DNA from: Octopus sinensis
Taxonomy: Eukaryota
DNA: 64,000 bases
Reading direction: 5' to 3'
Assembly: GCF_006345805.1 (NCBI RefSeq)
Contig: NC_043024.1
Coordinates: 5,394,001-5,458,000, forward strand
The position numbers and the translations under genes are program-made. Shown here one piece after another: positions 59,830-64,000 of the stretch; positions within the stretch are counted from its first letter, which is position 1; every line of letters begins with the position of its first letter. The notes below the pieces were generated by a model, which had not been told where the DNA came from, did not search any database, and was given only the letters and a program-made list of their open reading frames with translations.

Positions 59830-60700
59830 AATATTCAACCAGACAATGAGGCATGCCAGAATTGATGGAATGTGAGTGAGAGAGAAACCCATCCTCACAC
59901 ACTGCAATGGAGTATTCTGGCAGGAAATATTCAGTCCAAGAGATGGGGGACAGATGGACCCAATAGATAAATGATGACTTTGTCAAGAAATTCTCTTGCC
60001 ATACACAGTTAAAGGTTTTACCGACGTCAAGAGCTACAGTATTTCTTTTGCAGAAGTTGTCAAACATAACCAAAACACTGGGGAGTCATGTAGGAATCAG
60101 ACCCCTGCTTGAACCGGCTTTATGGAACTGTACTGGGGCTCATTGAATAGAGAAAGATACCCAAAGGGACAAAGATGATGGTTGTTTATGACTTTTTACT
60201 TCATAATTGAAATATTGGAAGTTAGAATGACTGGCTGGTAGTCAGCAGATAGGACACTATCAGCAAGAATTATAAAACAGGGCTTCTCTAAGAGAGTAGT
60301 GCTACCCTTGGGTAGGGTTTGTGGAAAATTTTATATGGACCAGGGAGCCAAGGCGGCTGTGGTGGTACAAATATATAAAACTCAATGTGTAGTTGAGTTT
60401 GGATCAGAAACTAAAGTGAAGTGGTGATGCATCAAATGTTCACTTATTGTGGGATGGTGCTGTGGTAAGTAGTCATCCATGTCAAGACTAGGACCCAAAG
60501 GTAAATTAATCTGACCTGTGAGAACATTAAAAATCAGAGATATTGAATCATAGCAAGAAAAACTCTTAGTAAATAAAAAAGGGCCATAATTGAAACGTTT
60601 AAGAAGCACTGGCATAGAACCATCATGGTTAGGGAGTGGTGGGTGGAATGATTCTGTAAAATCTATAGAGATACTCTAGGTAAGAGACCAGAAAATGCGG
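59830..60700 (-). mobile_element. Highly degenerate LINE RT relic (CR1/L2-group-like)
   Basis: VALDVGKTFNCVWQENFLTK...SIAVCEDGFLSHSHSINSGMP resembles ALDISKAFDRVWH...INSGVPQG. Confidence 0.6.
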
Positions 60701-61512
60701 CTTTTAATTTGGGAGGGAAGACAGCTGACAAATGGTGAAATGCAGAAAAAACATCCTTTTATTTTTTGATGACCATCATATATTGTATTTCAATGGTGGG
60801 TGAATGTCTGCCAGTTAGTGAGGGTAGGTGTTTTCCTCAAGGAGAAGTCAATAGTGTTGTTTGTACAGCTGTAATACAGTTGTGTATGAACCACTCACAC
60901 CTTTTTAAATATTATATGGCTACAAACTAATGTAAGCCCTGATACTGCTGCCGCATTTAGGCTCAAAATTCTGATCCCTACTTTCATAATATTTCTTATT
61001 TTCTCCATTGTTTCTTTTTATTTGTGTCTACTTTTCCATAGTTGCTCATATTTAGTTGTGATTGGTGTCGTTCCAACGATGTCACAGATGTCTAATTACA
61101 AGTAATTACTTTGTAATAGATTCAGTGACTAACATAAATAGATTTTCAATCTTTTCCTTGAGCTTATGCATGAACTAAACAGTCTTTATTTACCTGTTTA
61201 CCTGTTACACCTTGATTTACCTGTGCTCTACACCTTTCTTGTAGATTTGCTTTCATTCTTTTCCAAGTAGATCCCACGTTGCTGTTTCACCAGACATATG
61301 ACATCTGAAGATCCATGCTTCATTTCAAACATCCTGTTCTTCTCTCACCATTTCTTAAATCTCCTTCATCATTATAGCATTAAATAAAAGTGCTACTATG
61401 CCAGACATCAGTGATAACACAGAGTAGAATTTCATGAGCTTTACCAGGGAATACTGAACTAAAATCTCTCTCCTTTGATATATTTTATATATCTTCTCTT
61501 TCTTTTCTTCAG

Positions 61513-61664
61513 GTTAACCAAATAGATTCTGACAGTAAAACTTTCTTAATGGCAGCTTGTGAACAGGGCAGCACAAGTCTAATAGCCTTCTTGATAGAAT
61601 CTGGAGCCAATATGGACATGAGTGACAAAGAAGGTCTGACAGCATTACATTATGCTGTGTATAG
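61513..61664 (+). CDS. Second coding exon of ankyrin-repeat gene B
   Basis: Acceptor TCTTTTCTTCAG and donor GTAAGG, 152 nt, phase 0/2. Reads VNQIDSDSKTFLMAACEQGSTSLIAFLIESGANMDMSDKEGLTALHYAVY. Confidence 0.88.
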
Positions 61665-62467
61665 GTAAGGCTTGAATTAACTAAAATCTTCAGATCTGCT
61701 TTTGTTTTGAAATAACATCTTTTTCTCATTTTCTCCATGAATCATCTTCATTGAATCACCAAAATCTTTTTCGTTATTTGTTGTCAAAACAGGTTATTTT
61801 TGTTTTGGAGATATTCTTTGAGATCCAAAAGTTTTTAAGATTGACCCAGTGTGATTCAGTGTCTTCTCTTCATATTGATTACGGAGAGATCGATCAATTT
61901 TTCTCCAAAGAAAATGTTATTTGAGATCTAAAGCAACAAGAAAGATTCTCAAGCTTGTTTTGGCAGTAAATAATCTGTAAATTTCTTACAGAAATTATTT
62001 CTCATCTCCATCAGCAACTCAACACATTTTGAGATCTATTATATTTTGAATTGTGCTTCATAAGGTCATCTCTGGACAATAAAACATGTTTTGAAGTTCT
62101 TGTTAGTTTCTATAGGTTCTGCAGTCACAAATTGTTCCAGAATTTTGCACAAACACACAAACACACACACACCATCATCGTCATCGAATGTTCCTTTTCC
62201 ATGCTGGCATGGGTAGGAGGGTTTGATAGGAACAGACAAGTCAGAAGACCACACCAAACACTACTGTCTGCTTTGGTTTGGTTTCTATGGCTGGAGGACC
62301 TTCCTAACACGAGGTCACCAATTAATTGCGAGACAAAGACCTCTCGACTGGTTGAGGTGGTGAGGTGGGGGAGCTAATATTGCTGGAGAGAAAGGTGTCT
62401 TGCATTAGAAGAGGGACATGGCTCCTTCAGATGAAGAAGACAGAGGAGGGAAACACTAGGTTAAAAT

Positions 62468-63385
62468 CTTGTTTGGCCCAAGCAAAGAAAAAAGGAAAAA
62501 ATAGTGCAATAGGTGTGAAACAACATGTAGTAAACGAATACTCTTACTCTTTTACTTGTTTCAGTCATTTGATTGCAGCCATGCTGGAGCACCGCCTTTA
62601 ATCGAGCAACTCGACCCCGGGACTTATTCTTTGTAAGCCCAGTACTTATTCTATCAGTCTCTTTTGCCGAACCGCTAAGTGACGGGGACATAAACACACC
62701 AGCATCGGTTGTCAAGTAATGCAAGGGGGACAAACACAGACACACAAACACACACGCACACACATATATATATATACATATATACGACGAGTTTCTTTCA
62801 GTTTCCGTCTACCAAATCCACTCATAAGGCTTTGGTCGGCCCGAGGCTATAGTAGAAGACACTTGCCCAAGGTGCCACGCAGTGGGACTAAACCCGGAAC
62901 CATGTGGCTGGTAAGCAAGCTACTTACCACACAGCCACTCCTGCGCCTATGGAAAAAAAATATGGCGAACAGGAGGTGGGGAGACGACTCGGAAAATTCA
63001 AATCTCACCACTTCCCCATTCGTCGGCGAATTTTTTGTTCTTTATTTTCATTTTTTACACATTATTTTACACCCGGTACTCTACTTTTGTTCAATTTTTG
63101 TGACGGTGTGGGTGGGTGTGGTGCGGACTCGGATGATTCACACGATCCGGTAACCCCACTCGACAACCGGTCCTAAAAATGAAAACAAGAAGTGTAATAG
63201 GTGTAAAACAACATGTAGTAAACGATGTTAACGTTGAGTTTTTGGACCCTGTGAGATTGATCATGTGAATTTTCCGAGTCGTCTCCACCACCCCTCGTTC
63301 ACCAATGCGTATTTTTTTTTTACATATTCGTTTACTACATTTTATTTTACACCTATTGCACAATTTTTTTTGCTCAAGTCAAACA
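62468..63385. mobile_element. MITE-like inverted-repeat element whose left arm is interrupted by a SINE
   Basis: GTGCAATAGGTGTGAAACAACATGTAGTAAACGAATA[SINE]TATGGCGAAC...GAGACGACTCGGAAAATTCA is inverted at 63265-63385. Confidence 0.6.
62539..62948 (-). mobile_element. Full-length family A SINE
   Basis: Complete head-to-tail match to 7534-7920 and 15693-16085. Confidence 0.9.
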
Positions 63386-64000
63386 CTGAAGTTTAGCTTA
63401 TACACACACACACACACACATAGATATATATATATATATACACACACACATATATATATATATGTACACACACACATATATAATAAATATGGGTGTGTTT
63501 ATAAATTCATTTATGTGTGTTATATGACCGCCATACTTCCTTGTTGGTCACTGTTTCTTTTGGCGGTAAAAATATGCCTCGTTGCCCTTAACAACAAACT
63601 TTCTCTTGCATAGTCTGTTGCTATGACAACATTACATTTGCAGATGTAGTTTTGCCGCCAATTACGACGTGCTGCTGATGTTTTTTTTTTTTTAGATTGA
63701 TGAGAAATCTGCTATCAGTTAGTTTGGCTATAATTTTCAGACATTCCATCTTTCGCAAAAGGATTACAATATATTTTTCAATGTATACCAAATATGTAGA
63801 TACTAACAACGGTACTTAATCCTTGTTTTGTATTGTACACTCGCTGGGATAAAAATATTTATACTTTATACCCTCACCTATTAATATGTGTATACACACA
63901 CATGTACATATTTGTTTACTGTGTATTAACAATTATACGTATTTCAGTGGCTCACATTTCTCTGTCTGTCTGTCTCTCTATATACATACATATATATATA

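Overview
Repeat-dense eukaryotic DNA that I infer is coleoid cephalopod, most likely Octopus. The inference rests on tRNA-headed SINEs of the octopus OK/OR type, RTE LINEs with (GAT)n tails, a C2H2 zinc-finger gene with CDICGKSF fingers and very abundant TA/CA microsatellites. Host content is sparse: four ankyrin-repeat exons of two divergently oriented Mind-bomb-2-like genes (minus strand 7907-8097 and 13596-13808; plus strand 59589-59672 and 61513-61664) and one partly decayed C2H2 ZNF gene. Mobile elements include a Neptune-like Penelope-like element (PLE) with direct pLTRs, a Naiad-like PLE with 3.2-kb inverted pLTRs, a 3.8-kb hAT transposon with an intact 713-aa transposase, CR1-type and RTE LINEs, many SINEs, several fold-back/MITE elements and two local duplications. 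Best observations: (1) candidate type I hammerhead ribozymes in the pLTRs of both PLEs, one with a compensatory U3-A8 core; (2) a SINE that landed 2 nt before an exon's splice donor and supplies an in-phase replacement donor; (3) a 769-bp palindromic element with an 8-bp TSD and telomeric repeats in both arms. Most microsatellite ORFs in the track are not genes. Coordinates were read by eye; repeat boundaries may be off by a few to tens of bases.
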